Positions 7,741 through 17,734 of a stretch of 64,000 bases of DNA are shown here, piece by piece. Position 1 is the stretch's first letter. Each line of letters begins with the position of its first letter. The notes beneath the pieces were generated by a model. The model saw only the letters and a program-made list of their open reading frames with translations. It did no database searches and was not told where the DNA came from. The position numbers and the translations under genes are program-made. This stretch comes from a virus (lineage: Duplodnaviria; Caudoviricetes): IMG/VR virus record IMGVR_UViG_3300038825_000529, positions 1,539 through 65,538 of that record, one strand, 5' to 3'.

Positions 7741-9956
7741 GGTGTTTAGTTAGTTTTAATGTATTAGGACAGTATACATACGAAGCTAATCAAGACCTTT
7801 ATGATCTTAATGCTAATGCTAATAACTTCAACGGTGAGTTAGCATACGAGGTATCTGATGATGGAATTAGTCCTGCGATTGACCTTTCTTTTAATTTTAC
7901 TTTTTATGGCTCTACGTTTAGCCAAGCAAGAATGGCAACGAATGGATGTCTCCATTTTGGTAATAGTGGGAGCTATTGTAATGACTATACTCCTGACCCT
8001 ATTAACGGACAGCACACTTATACCATATACCCTTTCTGGACTGATCTCATAAGAGATAACGATTCTCGTATGAAGTCTTGGGGTGATTCTAGTAAGATGA
8101 TTTTTGGTTGGTATAACCTTCGAGAATACAATAGAGCATCTGATAATAGTTTTGAAATTATACTTTGGAATAATAATTCTTTCGATTTACGATACAGAGA
8201 ACTAGATATTATTAATCATGATGTTTTAATAGGTGAAGTAGGAGCTAATAAAGATAACTCTTACACTTATTACTACCACGATGAATGTAATACAGGATCA
8301 ACTAACAGTTCTAGTTGTTATAACTACGATTGGAATAGCTCTGATAAAAATACTAATCTAGAAAATGGCGGGTCTTTATATGGTTCAGGTAGTGGCAACA
8401 GTATTGATTGTAGTGATCCGTTAAACGATACAAGTTGTTCAGGTTATGCTGATGCTTATCAAACTCAACAATGTAATATAGATCAACTTTATTCTGAATC
8501 TTGTCCTTACTATTGGGATGCTTATGACGATCAACAATGTGCAGATGATCCTCAATATGCTCCGTTTTGTCAAGGTTATCAACAAGAAGAATCAGTAGCT
8601 TTCTTTGATGATACTAACGTAGATTATGGCTATGTGGACGAACAAGAACAATTTGCTACGGGTGTATTCGAAGATGATTACCATGATGATTATGGTTTTG
8701 AAGAACAGTTTACCGTTGTTGAAGTATATGAGGATGAAATGTTTCCGTCTTATGAAGAATTTGGAGGTGATAACCTTGAAGAATATTTCAATGGTTCTGA
8801 ACCTGAAGAATTAATAATATTTTTTGAACCTGATCCTTTACCGTTTATAGATGATTTTACTTCACCTTATAATGAACCTTTTCAACAAGAAGAAGTGTTG
8901 TTAGATGAGTTTATATTTCAAGAAACTTTTTTAGTAGAAGATTATAGCGAACCTGAAACATTTATTGAATTTAATAGCGTAGAAGAACTGGAGGAGTGGT
9001 TTGAAGAAGAAACTAATGAACATTTTGAAGAACGAATTGAAGAAGAACTTGCTAATCTTGATGAACCAGAAGAAGAATTTATTGAAGAGATCTTCGAAGA
9101 AGAAGTCGTAGAAGAAGTATTCGAAGCAATCGAAGAACGTATAGCAGAAGCTGAGATAGAAGAAGAAAGAATCGAAAGAGAAGAAGTCGTAGAGGAGTTT
9201 GAAGAAGTTTTCCAAGAAGAGTTTGAAATAGCTGAACGAGAAAACACTAAAGGTGAAAGCTCTATTAGTAGAGAAATAGCCTTACGAGTTGTTTCTTCTA
9301 CGATAGCTACAGCTACACAAAGTGTTAGTGGTACAAACGCAGGTAACAGTGTACATTCTACAGGCAATACTGCGGCTTCTGGTAACGCTGTAGGCAACAG
9401 TTCTACAGGAGCTTCGTCAGGTAACGCAGGGATAAGTACGAGTAGTTCTCCGAGTATGTCAGATCAGTTTGCTTCAGCTACCGTACAAACAAATCAAGTA
9501 TTAGATATGAGTTCTATGTCTGTTTCTAGTTCTTCTACTAGTGATTCTATAAATACAACCGATGTTAATACTTCGGTTGTTGTTGCTAACGTAAATACTA
9601 ATACAGTTCAAGATCAGATAGATACTTCGATTAGTTCTATGAGTACATCTTCTGACACAGATACTACAGTAGAAGATGTAATAGCACAAAATTTACAAAC
9701 AGCACAAGAAGAAGTAGAAGCTCAACAAGAAGAAACAGGTGAATATGGTTCAGAAGATACGATTATTGCATATATGGGTTTTGTTCCTGGATTTAATACT
9801 TACGAGAAAGTTTTAATGGTAGATCAAGATCAATGGTATACGTCTAGAACCATCTATACTGAGACGATGCCTGATAATATAAACGCTTTTTATGGACTAG
9901 CAGGTAGTAATATAAGCAAAATGAACGATATAATAAATTCACAACCACCTTTATAG
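7710..9956 (+). CDS. Secreted protein: nidogen(NIDO)-like domain, Cys repeats, long acidic linker
   Basis: Signal peptide; DDGISPAIDLSFNFTFYG...TNG..F...IYPFWTDL NIDO-like motifs; C..DP.Y..C repeats; Glu-rich then Ser/Thr-rich regions. Confidence 0.7.
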   Translation: MQKRVLFYALGCLVSFNVLGQYTYEANQDLYDLNANANNFNGELAYEVSDDGISPAIDLSFNFTFYGSTFSQARMATNGCLHFGNSGSYCNDYTPDPINGQHTYTIYPFWTDLIRDNDSRMKSWGDSSKMIFGWYNLREYNRASDNSFEIILWNNNSFDLRYRELDIINHDVLIGEVGANKDNSYTYYYHDECNTGSTNSSSCYNYDWNSSDKNTNLENGGSLYGSGSGNSIDCSDPLNDTSCSGYADAYQTQQCNIDQLYSESCPYYWDAYDDQQCADDPQYAPFCQGYQQEESVAFFDDTNVDYGYVDEQEQFATGVFEDDYHDDYGFEEQFTVVEVYEDEMFPSYEEFGGDNLEEYFNGSEPEELIIFFEPDPLPFIDDFTSPYNEPFQQEEVLLDEFIFQETFLVEDYSEPETFIEFNSVEELEEWFEEETNEHFEERIEEELANLDEPEEEFIEEIFEEEVVEEVFEAIEERIAEAEIEEERIEREEVVEEFEEVFQEEFEIAERENTKGESSISREIALRVVSSTIATATQSVSGTNAGNSVHSTGNTAASGNAVGNSSTGASSGNAGISTSSSPSMSDQFASATVQTNQVLDMSSMSVSSSSTSDSINTTDVNTSVVVANVNTNTVQDQIDTSISSMSTSSDTDTTVEDVIAQNLQTAQEEVEAQQEETGEYGSEDTIIAYMGFVPGFNTYEKVLMVDQDQWYTSRTIYTETMPDNINAFYGLAGSNISKMNDIINSQPPL

Positions 9957-9966
9957 GAGAAGTACT

Positions 9967-10326
9967 ATGGATTGGTTTCAAAATAAAACAACACAAATAA
10001 TAGCTCTTGTAGGTATTGTTTCAACTCTTGCAGGGTTCGGCTACACAGGTGCTACTTATGTTAATCGTATTGCTAATCTAGAAGCTAAGATTGGTGGTAT
10101 AGGTGAAGCTGAAGATGAAATGAAAGTTATAGAAGAACGTTTCGCTTCAATAGAAACATCTGTACAGTTTTTAGAAAAAAGTATCGACGGTATAGCTGTT
10201 CCAGACGTTACTGAGATAAAAACAGATATTGCTACGATTAAAGCTGATTTAGAAAGCTTAGATGATAACTTACGTAAAGTAGAAACTAAATTAGATAAAA
10301 AAGACGATAATCCATTAAACGGATAA
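9967..10326 (+). CDS. Membrane-anchored coiled-coil protein
   Basis: N-terminal TM helix, heptad repeats, NPL end; AGGAG RBS. Confidence 0.65.
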   Translation: MDWFQNKTTQIIALVGIVSTLAGFGYTGATYVNRIANLEAKIGGIGEAEDEMKVIEERFASIETSVQFLEKSIDGIAVPDVTEIKTDIATIKADLESLDDNLRKVETKLDKKDDNPLNG

Positions 10327-10508
10327 TGAAAGTTTTTATTACAGAATTTAAACACGATGGGCTTTTTTACGAAGGTCCTAATATTGTAGCAGAATCATTT
10401 GAAGCCGCAGAAGTAACTGCAGAAACATATGGGGTAAATGTAGTCGGTATGCTTGATGTAATCATCACTGATCACAACGAAGATGACTATAAAAGGGTTT
10501 TACATTAA
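10326..10508 (+). CDS. Hypothetical protein
   Basis: 60-aa coupled ORF (YEGPNIVAESFEAA). Confidence 0.6.
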   Translation: MKVFITEFKHDGLFYEGPNIVAESFEAAEVTAETYGVNVVGMLDVIITDHNEDDYKRVLH

Positions 10509-10530
10509 CCCTTTCTTTGATATATAATCA
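10492..10530 (+). promoter_or_regulatory. Hairpin overlapping a sigma70-like promoter (TTTACA-18-TATAAT)
   Basis: AAAGGGTT/AACCCTTT inverted repeat; TTTACA 10499-10504 and TATAAT 10523-10528. Confidence 0.5.
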
Positions 10531-10535
10531 AAGTT

Positions 10536-10610
10536 CAGCCATTGTGCTGCAGTTTACGGGGTGAGCTATAACTCGCAAAACGTTTATATACGCTGAGGAA
10601 ACAATGGTTG
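10536..10610 (+). promoter_or_regulatory. Structured 5' leader sequestering the start codon of the downstream peptide
   Basis: CAGCCATTGT (10536-45) pairs with ACAATGGTTG (10601-10); internal hairpin GTGAG/CTCGC. Confidence 0.5.
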
Positions 10611-10711
10611 GAGTTGATAAAAAGACATACAAAAAGAATAAAGGTCGTCGTTCTGACTTCGTAATTTATTCGTCTAAAGGCAAGAAAACAAAAGCTAGGA
10701 GTAGATTCTGA
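10604..10711 (+). CDS. Small basic peptide (35 aa)
   Basis: MVGVDKKTYKKNKGRRSDFVIYSSKGKKTKARSRF; GAGG RBS; TGATG coupling to the next gene. Confidence 0.55.
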   Translation: MVGVDKKTYKKNKGRRSDFVIYSSKGKKTKARSRF

Positions 10712-11640
10712 TGTGGAATATTATTATCCCTGCTCTAACTGCTGTAGCAACAGCTAAATATGCTAGTAATACACGTAACGATCCTAAAGCCGCTATTGGT
10801 AGCGGTACAGCACCTGCATTACAACCTGGAGGAGATATTCAAGTTACGCCTGTTGAAGGCACTGATGTACAAGATTTTGGTGATTTCGAAACTGAAAATA
10901 TAGCAGAACCACAAAACTTAACTGAAGAAGAACAATTAATCGCTATGTTACAAGAAGCAGGAGTTGATCTAGAAGGGTTAGCTAGTTTTGCATACGGTGG
11001 ACCGCTTTATAAACAAAGTGGTGGTATTTTAGATATCTTAGGTTTATCTATGGATGACTTAACAAGTCCTGAAGGTATAAATTTTGATGAAATAGAACCT
11101 ATGGATCCATCATCTCCAGATGCTTTAGAAATAAGTATGGATCAAAATGAATTAAAACCTTCTATAGGTGATATGTCTGATCCAGAAGTAGGGCAAGAAC
11201 AAACAGGAATACAAAAAGTTCTTAATATAGCCGCAACAGACCCTGAATTATTTCAAACGGGAGTAGGTTCATTAACTAAAGTTATTAATACTCTTATAGC
11301 TGATCAACCTGAACGTAAAGGCAGTATGGTTAGAACACAAACACTTCCAGGAAATTCAGCACGTAGAAGATCAGCACAAATGAATATACAACCGATTGGC
11401 GGTTCTAAAGTTACGTTTGCTAACCAAGGTAAAGCCTTACAAAGACCGATGTTCATGCCTCACGGAGGACAGATGAGAGGTCCAGGAGGTCCTAAAGATG
11501 ACCTTATACCTGTAATGGCAAGTAACGGTGAATATATGCTTTCTAAAGCTGCAGTTGATGCTGCAGGTGGTGGTAGTCATGCTAAAGGTTTAGCTCGTTT
11601 AGACGCGTTTAATAAAATGGGAAATAAAAGATACGGATAA
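10711..11640 (+). CDS. Internal virion/ejection-type protein
   Basis: FAYGG motif and C-terminal GPGGPKDDLIPVMASNGEYM motif; first of a run of large helical virion proteins. Confidence 0.6.
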   Translation: MWNIIIPALTAVATAKYASNTRNDPKAAIGSGTAPALQPGGDIQVTPVEGTDVQDFGDFETENIAEPQNLTEEEQLIAMLQEAGVDLEGLASFAYGGPLYKQSGGILDILGLSMDDLTSPEGINFDEIEPMDPSSPDALEISMDQNELKPSIGDMSDPEVGQEQTGIQKVLNIAATDPELFQTGVGSLTKVINTLIADQPERKGSMVRTQTLPGNSARRRSAQMNIQPIGGSKVTFANQGKALQRPMFMPHGGQMRGPGGPKDDLIPVMASNGEYMLSKAAVDAAGGGSHAKGLARLDAFNKMGNKRYG

Positions 11641-11643
11641 TTT

Positions 11644-12774
11644 ATGGCAACTAGAGAAGAACAAGAATATTCAAGTCAAGCCCCCGCGGGTTATATAGGC
11701 GATTTTTTACAAACAGGTATTTTCCCTTACGCAAAACAGTTTTTAACTGACCAGTTTGAGAATATGGGTAGACCTGATAGTAGTCCATTTACTTATACAG
11801 GTCCACGAGTAGCTCAATTTGATCCTAGAGAAAGATATGCAATGGATTTACAAGATGCTGCTATCGGTAGTTATAGACCTTATTTAGGCGAACAAGCGGG
11901 ATTATTAAGCGAAGCCGCAGATGTTTCTAGAGCAGGAACAGTACGTGGTGCTGACGAAATATCTCAAGGTTTAAGAAGCGGTAGAAATTTAACTTCTCAA
12001 GCTAATATTACAGGTCAAGGAGCTACACGAGCTTTTGACCCACGTGGTATAGGTAGTTTTTATAATCCTTTTGAAGACGCAGTTGTTCAACAAACACTTA
12101 CAGATTTAGACCGACAAGGAGCACAACAAGATATGGCTCTTAGAGATAGAGCTGTATCTTCTGGAGCTTTCGGTGGGTCACGTGGTAGATTAGCTCAAGG
12201 TGAATTAGCTAGGCAACAAGAACGCGGAGTAGCAGAAGCGATTGCAGGTATACGTTCAGGTGGTTATCAAGACGCAGCAAATAGAGCACAACAAGCATTT
12301 GAAGCCCAACAAGGTAGACAAGCCCAATTCGCAGGATTACAAGGACAATTAGGTCAAGGAATGTTCGGTATGGGATTACAAGGTGGTCAAGGGTTAGCAG
12401 GGCTAGGTTCTCAGTTTACTCAAGGTTTTGGTCAATTAGGTCAACAATACGGTAGTATGGCTCCCGCATTACAAACATTACAACAAAACGATATTAACCA
12501 ACAATTAGCATTAGGTGGGTTAGGTAGAGGTAGACAACAATCTCTTATGGATCTCGGTTATCAAAACTTTACAGGTCAATACAACTTACCGATGCAAACA
12601 TTACAAAACGTTGGTTCGATTACCGCGGCTCTTGGACCGTTGGCAGGTGGTTACGGTTATGCAGGGGCTAACCCAACTACTAACGCAATGTATGCTCCGT
12701 CTACAGCGGGGTCAGTTTATAACCAAACTAATCCATTTTTCGGTGGGTTAGGTAACTACTTTAGTTACACATAA
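11644..12774 (+). CDS. Internal virion/DNA ejection (pilot-like) protein
   Basis: Gln/Gly-rich; FYNPFEDAVV and GAFGGSR motifs typical of podovirus ejection proteins. Confidence 0.7.
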   Translation: MATREEQEYSSQAPAGYIGDFLQTGIFPYAKQFLTDQFENMGRPDSSPFTYTGPRVAQFDPRERYAMDLQDAAIGSYRPYLGEQAGLLSEAADVSRAGTVRGADEISQGLRSGRNLTSQANITGQGATRAFDPRGIGSFYNPFEDAVVQQTLTDLDRQGAQQDMALRDRAVSSGAFGGSRGRLAQGELARQQERGVAEAIAGIRSGGYQDAANRAQQAFEAQQGRQAQFAGLQGQLGQGMFGMGLQGGQGLAGLGSQFTQGFGQLGQQYGSMAPALQTLQQNDINQQLALGGLGRGRQQSLMDLGYQNFTGQYNLPMQTLQNVGSITAALGPLAGGYGYAGANPTTNAMYAPSTAGSVYNQTNPFFGGLGNYFSYT

Positions 12775-14447
12775 TGGCTTTACCATTTATAGGTCCCGCA
12801 TCTCTTAATCCACAACAAGGCGGTGGTGGGGGAATAACGACTATTAAAATGAATCCTGCACAAGTTAGGTTTCCTACTTCACGTAGACCTGCTCCGCAAA
12901 GACGACCGTTAGAACCAACTAATGTAGAAAAGTTTGCTCCGTTAGCACCTTTATTAATGGAAGGAATATTTAGTGCGTTTAAAAAAGAACCTGAAAGATT
13001 AACCAACGAACAATATTTACAAAGTATTGGAGCTGATCCACAAGACCCAAGTAAGTTAGAACAAACACAATTAGACGCTTATAACCTTTACGGACCACGA
13101 GCAGAACCTAATACGTTCGGGATGGATGAAATAGCTAATATCGTAGCCGCAGGGCTTTCTGGCAGAGGATCGAAAGATTACGCGAATACTTATCTTAATT
13201 TAAGAAAAGCTAAAAGTGCATCCGATGCTAGAACTGATGCTGCACGGTCATCGTATATATCCACGCAAATGACTCCTAGAAATCAAAGTGTATTATTAAT
13301 GGATAAAGATGCTGCTGCTGTAGGTAACGCTGCTGATATGTATTATATGGGTCAATTTGATCCTCAAGGTAGTTTTCAATATTTTAATGAGGAAACTCGT
13401 CAGTTTGAAGATGTTGCTGATTCAGGTAAAAATTTAGTTCAAGCTAAATCATTTTTAGAAGGAGGTGACTCTAATCCGTTTAGAGATAAAGCTAAAAGTA
13501 AAGCTTATGATGAATACGCTGCTTTAGACGGAACGTTACAAGCCCAACAATCGTCTCTTATAGGAGTAACTGTAGCTCTTAATGAAACAGTTGATGCTCT
13601 TGATGTTGCTATTGATGATCCTGCATATAACCCTGTTTCTTTTTTATCATCCTTAACTAATATAGCTAATAGTGGTCTTGCTAATTTTGATCAAGCAGCA
13701 TCAATGTTGGGAGGAGGAAATTCGAATAATTATTTTGCAGACTCTGCTGATGTTGATGCAGGTATAGGTGGAGCTGATACTAGAGAAGGTACAGGTGATA
13801 ACGCTAAAAGATTGTACAATGCTTTAAAAACAGGTGACGATGAAAAAATAGCCGCGGCTATGAAACAGTTTGAAAACGCTAATGCTGATTATTTAGAAAC
13901 TTTAGGTATAAGAAATCTTTTTCAAGAAATTGGTTATCAAAATGTAAGAGCACAAGCTAATTTATTATCTTTAGCTTATCAAGCGGCAGCAGCAAACGGA
14001 CAGACAGGACGAACTTTATCAGATAAAGATTTAGCTTTCCATTTACAAATGGTGGGTTATGGTGCAACTCAAGACCCGCAAATATTAAGAGATAATTTAT
14101 TAGCTTTCGGAGATCAGTTGATTCAAAGAGCTGACGAACAAGCTGAAACAAGTTATGGTCGTTTAATTGAAAGTGAAGTTCCTGAGTATTTACAAGAAGC
14201 ACAATTTCAAAGATTTATAAACCGTTGGTACATTCCTGAATTAAATGCTGATGGACAAAGAATATATAACAATCCTAAAAATTTTACTTATCGAGATTTT
14301 TATACAAGAAACCAAGGTATAGAATCTATTGAAAAATTTAAAGGTTACGAAAGACGTAAATCTAAAAAAGAACAAATAGACGAACAAAGAAGAAAAGATA
14401 AAACTTTCGAAAATATTAATTTAAGTATCGTTAATCCAATTATCTAA
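12774..14447 (+). CDS. Internal virion protein
   Basis: 557-aa helical ORF coupled within the ejection-protein block; GRTLSDKD motif. Confidence 0.55.
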   Translation: MALPFIGPASLNPQQGGGGGITTIKMNPAQVRFPTSRRPAPQRRPLEPTNVEKFAPLAPLLMEGIFSAFKKEPERLTNEQYLQSIGADPQDPSKLEQTQLDAYNLYGPRAEPNTFGMDEIANIVAAGLSGRGSKDYANTYLNLRKAKSASDARTDAARSSYISTQMTPRNQSVLLMDKDAAAVGNAADMYYMGQFDPQGSFQYFNEETRQFEDVADSGKNLVQAKSFLEGGDSNPFRDKAKSKAYDEYAALDGTLQAQQSSLIGVTVALNETVDALDVAIDDPAYNPVSFLSSLTNIANSGLANFDQAASMLGGGNSNNYFADSADVDAGIGGADTREGTGDNAKRLYNALKTGDDEKIAAAMKQFENANADYLETLGIRNLFQEIGYQNVRAQANLLSLAYQAAAANGQTGRTLSDKDLAFHLQMVGYGATQDPQILRDNLLAFGDQLIQRADEQAETSYGRLIESEVPEYLQEAQFQRFINRWYIPELNADGQRIYNNPKNFTYRDFYTRNQGIESIEKFKGYERRKSKKEQIDEQRRKDKTFENINLSIVNPII

Positions 14448-17400
14448 TGGCAACAGTAGAACCAACCTTAGATGAACTTTTAGCTAGAGGAGTAGATTCA
14501 GTAAGTCAAACTCCGTTAGACGCTAATCCTAATAGAACCTATGGGGATATTCTTAGTCCTGATGAATTAAAAGTAGCTGCAATAAAAGGTATTCCGTATA
14601 TACGTGATCGTTTTATTGAGGCTGAAGGGGCTGATGTTATTAATAAACAAATTACTGATTTCGATGAGTTTGTAAAACCTAAATTACAAACTTATAATCG
14701 AGCTCCTTTTGAATATGAAGACAATGATTATTTTTCTGGATATGCTAGACAACTAGAAGATTATAATCAAAATATAGATAAATTACGCGAACGAAGACAA
14801 ATGATGTACGTGAGAGGTAATTATCCTGAAAGCGTACAAGAACCACGACCACCTTTTAAACCTTTTGGTTATGATAAAGCTAAAGAACTGGCTGATCTAG
14901 GATGGGATCCTTTTAATGAATTAGATTTTCCTGGAATTAGAAACTTTAGAAACCAATTAGCAAGAGGAGCACCACCAAACGTTATATTTTCTGATTTAAA
15001 TTATGCTAAAGAAAATATGGACGGAGGAAGATTTGCTGAAAGTCTTCCTGGAAAATTTATTCCAGCTGATCCTTCTGATCCTTCTAAAGGTTCAATTTAT
15101 AGAGAAGAAGGTAAAGAAGATCAAATATTTGATTCACCGACTGTAAGACCGTTAGACGTTTTAGAATTTGCTCAACAAGAAGTTCCTACCATAGGTACTG
15201 AAGTAGCTTTTGGTTTAAAAGGTCTAAAACATTTTGATGCTTTTTTACGTAAAAGTGATATTAAGTTTTTAAAAGATAATCCTATAGCTAGAAAATTTTT
15301 TGATAGTGTTTCTAGTAATGTCTTTTTAGCAGGAGGAGCAGCAGGAGCAAGATTTACACAACGTTTAATTGGAGCTGCTAACGGAGCTCATAATCGTTCA
15401 ATCGAAGATATGTTAGACGAAACAGGTTGGACATTTTTATTAGCTTACGGTGGTAATCAAACAATCGATGCATTTATGAATGGATTGCCGAAACTATATC
15501 GGGCTATTATGGGTAAAGATTTAGGAGCAGAACAAGTAGCTTCAATTAAAGAAGCAATAGAACGTAAACGAGCAAGTAAACGCGGTGAAAAAACAGCAAC
15601 AGTTTCTGGTCGCGATGAGGATATTACGTTACTTGATATAGATGAAGCAGTTGCACAATTAAGTAAAGATATAGGAGAAAATTTATCTTATAATCCTACA
15701 TTAGCTAGAGCTTCTAAAGAAGATGTTATTGCTGATATAGAAGCTATGTTAATTCAAGGTACAAACAACCCTGCGTATAAAAAGTTTTACGATGAAGCTA
15801 TGAAAGGTAACGAAGAAGTTATACAAAAATTATTTAGTAATCTTTTTGATAACTTAGACCCTAACGTTACAGGTCAAACAATTAGTAGAGAGTTATTGAA
15901 TTTAATGGGTAGAAAGAAAAAAGAATTTATCAATAATTCAGAACAAAGTATACAAAACCTTATTTTACAAGTTGATAATATTAAAACAGCAGGAAAAGAT
16001 ACACCTATTTTTCAAAAAGTATTAGATGAAAAAGCGGCTACTGATCTTTATCCCAGATTAACAAATCGTATAAACGAAATAAGTAGAACTTATAAAGACG
16101 ATATAAACACCGTGGTTGATGATGCTTTAATTAACTCAGGGATAGCCGATCTTACGTTTACTTCAAGACCTATTAGAAAACAAATATTGAATTTTAAAAC
16201 AGTAGCTGAAGGTAAAACAGGCAGTTTAGCTAGTCCTGGAAAAGGACAAATAAGAAAATTATTTAAAGAAACTTTTAGTGATGAAGGATTAGAAAGACTT
16301 ACAAAATATAGTGAAGGTGATTTAACTTTACCAGAGATTAATCAATTAAGAATCGATATTAATAGTATACGGTCAGGTATTGATCCTAGTAAAAGTCCAG
16401 GAGATTTAAAAGCATTTAATTTAACTAAAGATTTACAAGATTCTATAGAAAATCAAATGTATAAAACAATCCGTTCTAACTTACCTAAAAAAGAAGCACA
16501 AGATTTAGTCGATTTATTTGATGCACAGCGTATGGTATACGACACTGCTAATAAACAAGTTATAAAAGACATGGCTAAACAAGAGCCTGAAGGAGTTATT
16601 AATTATTTATTAAGCACAGGCAGTAAAAACAAACCATTAGTTAATACAAAAGCTAATGATTTTATGAACTTTTTAAAAGAAACAGGAAGTGTTCCAGAAA
16701 TAAGAGGAATACAAAATGGTTTAATTAATCATATCCGCAAGAATTTTTTAGATCCATCAAGTGGGCAACCGAATGTATTAGCTAAAAACTATAAAGAATT
16801 TATTGAACAAAATCAAGCAACATTGGAAGCGGTGTTTGGTAAAGAACTTTTTGAAAAAGGCTTTCCTAAAACAGGTAAAGCTTTTAACGAAAATATTATT
16901 GAACCGATAGAAAAACTAAATAGAAAATATAATTTACTAGAACAAAAATATGGTGACGCGAACCCATTTAATATTGTAAGTAGAATTTTAGACTCAAGCC
17001 CTACAGCAAAAATGTCTGGTGAGTTAATTGATGATTTAGATTTTTTAGATGATTTATTATCAATGGCAACCCCTGCAGAAAGAGAGATTTTAGAATCACA
17101 GATTAAAGATGGAGCTAAAAAATATCTCGCTACTAGAATGCAAACGGATGGTTTGTTTGATCCAAATAAATTAAATAGGTTGTTCAATGAAGGTTTTGCT
17201 CCTGCGGGTATGGTAGGAGATGATTTAAGTTTTAAAGGTGTTTATCGAAGATTATTAGGAGATGAAACAGATTCATTTTTTAAAAATTTAGAAGTAATAC
17301 GTGACATGGCTATGCGAGAGTACGGACAACTTGGTTCAGATTCTGCTGCAAGAGCTGCGGTTAAAGAAGGGGTTATAGATTCAGGAACTGAATACGCAAG

Positions 17401-17734
17401 AAGATTTTTTATCCCACCGTTAACACAGTTTGGTAGACGAATGACAGCATTAGATAATTTAATTGGTGAAAGAAATTTAAGATTTATGGGTAAAGTTATG
17501 TCTGATGAAAAATTATTTACTTCATACGTAGAGTTCTTGACGGGAAGAAAAACTTTAAATAATTTTGTTAGAACATTAAATAGTTATGAGAGTATTTATT
17601 TAAGTGATATTGCAAATACTTTAGAATACTATGATACAGAAGAAAAACGAGTTAAGTCAGATGATGAGGTTTCAAAAGTTCCAAATTTAAACCCATTAAC
17701 GAACGAAGCTTTTTTACCTATTAGGAATTTATAA
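14447..17734 (+). CDS. Large internal virion protein
   Basis: 1095-aa helical ORF in the position of the largest ejection protein. Confidence 0.55.
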   Translation: MATVEPTLDELLARGVDSVSQTPLDANPNRTYGDILSPDELKVAAIKGIPYIRDRFIEAEGADVINKQITDFDEFVKPKLQTYNRAPFEYEDNDYFSGYARQLEDYNQNIDKLRERRQMMYVRGNYPESVQEPRPPFKPFGYDKAKELADLGWDPFNELDFPGIRNFRNQLARGAPPNVIFSDLNYAKENMDGGRFAESLPGKFIPADPSDPSKGSIYREEGKEDQIFDSPTVRPLDVLEFAQQEVPTIGTEVAFGLKGLKHFDAFLRKSDIKFLKDNPIARKFFDSVSSNVFLAGGAAGARFTQRLIGAANGAHNRSIEDMLDETGWTFLLAYGGNQTIDAFMNGLPKLYRAIMGKDLGAEQVASIKEAIERKRASKRGEKTATVSGRDEDITLLDIDEAVAQLSKDIGENLSYNPTLARASKEDVIADIEAMLIQGTNNPAYKKFYDEAMKGNEEVIQKLFSNLFDNLDPNVTGQTISRELLNLMGRKKKEFINNSEQSIQNLILQVDNIKTAGKDTPIFQKVLDEKAATDLYPRLTNRINEISRTYKDDINTVVDDALINSGIADLTFTSRPIRKQILNFKTVAEGKTGSLASPGKGQIRKLFKETFSDEGLERLTKYSEGDLTLPEINQLRIDINSIRSGIDPSKSPGDLKAFNLTKDLQDSIENQMYKTIRSNLPKKEAQDLVDLFDAQRMVYDTANKQVIKDMAKQEPEGVINYLLSTGSKNKPLVNTKANDFMNFLKETGSVPEIRGIQNGLINHIRKNFLDPSSGQPNVLAKNYKEFIEQNQATLEAVFGKELFEKGFPKTGKAFNENIIEPIEKLNRKYNLLEQKYGDANPFNIVSRILDSSPTAKMSGELIDDLDFLDDLLSMATPAEREILESQIKDGAKKYLATRMQTDGLFDPNKLNRLFNEGFAPAGMVGDDLSFKGVYRRLLGDETDSFFKNLEVIRDMAMREYGQLGSDSAARAAVKEGVIDSGTEYARRFFIPPLTQFGRRMTALDNLIGERNLRFMGKVMSDEKLFTSYVEFLTGRKTLNNFVRTLNSYESIYLSDIANTLEYYDTEEKRVKSDDEVSKVPNLNPLTNEAFLPIRNL

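Noticed and set aside
6762-9397. Minus-strand ORFs 6762..7004, 8931..9215 and 8942..9397
   Set aside because: Antisense shadows of low-complexity TN- and Glu-rich coding sequence.
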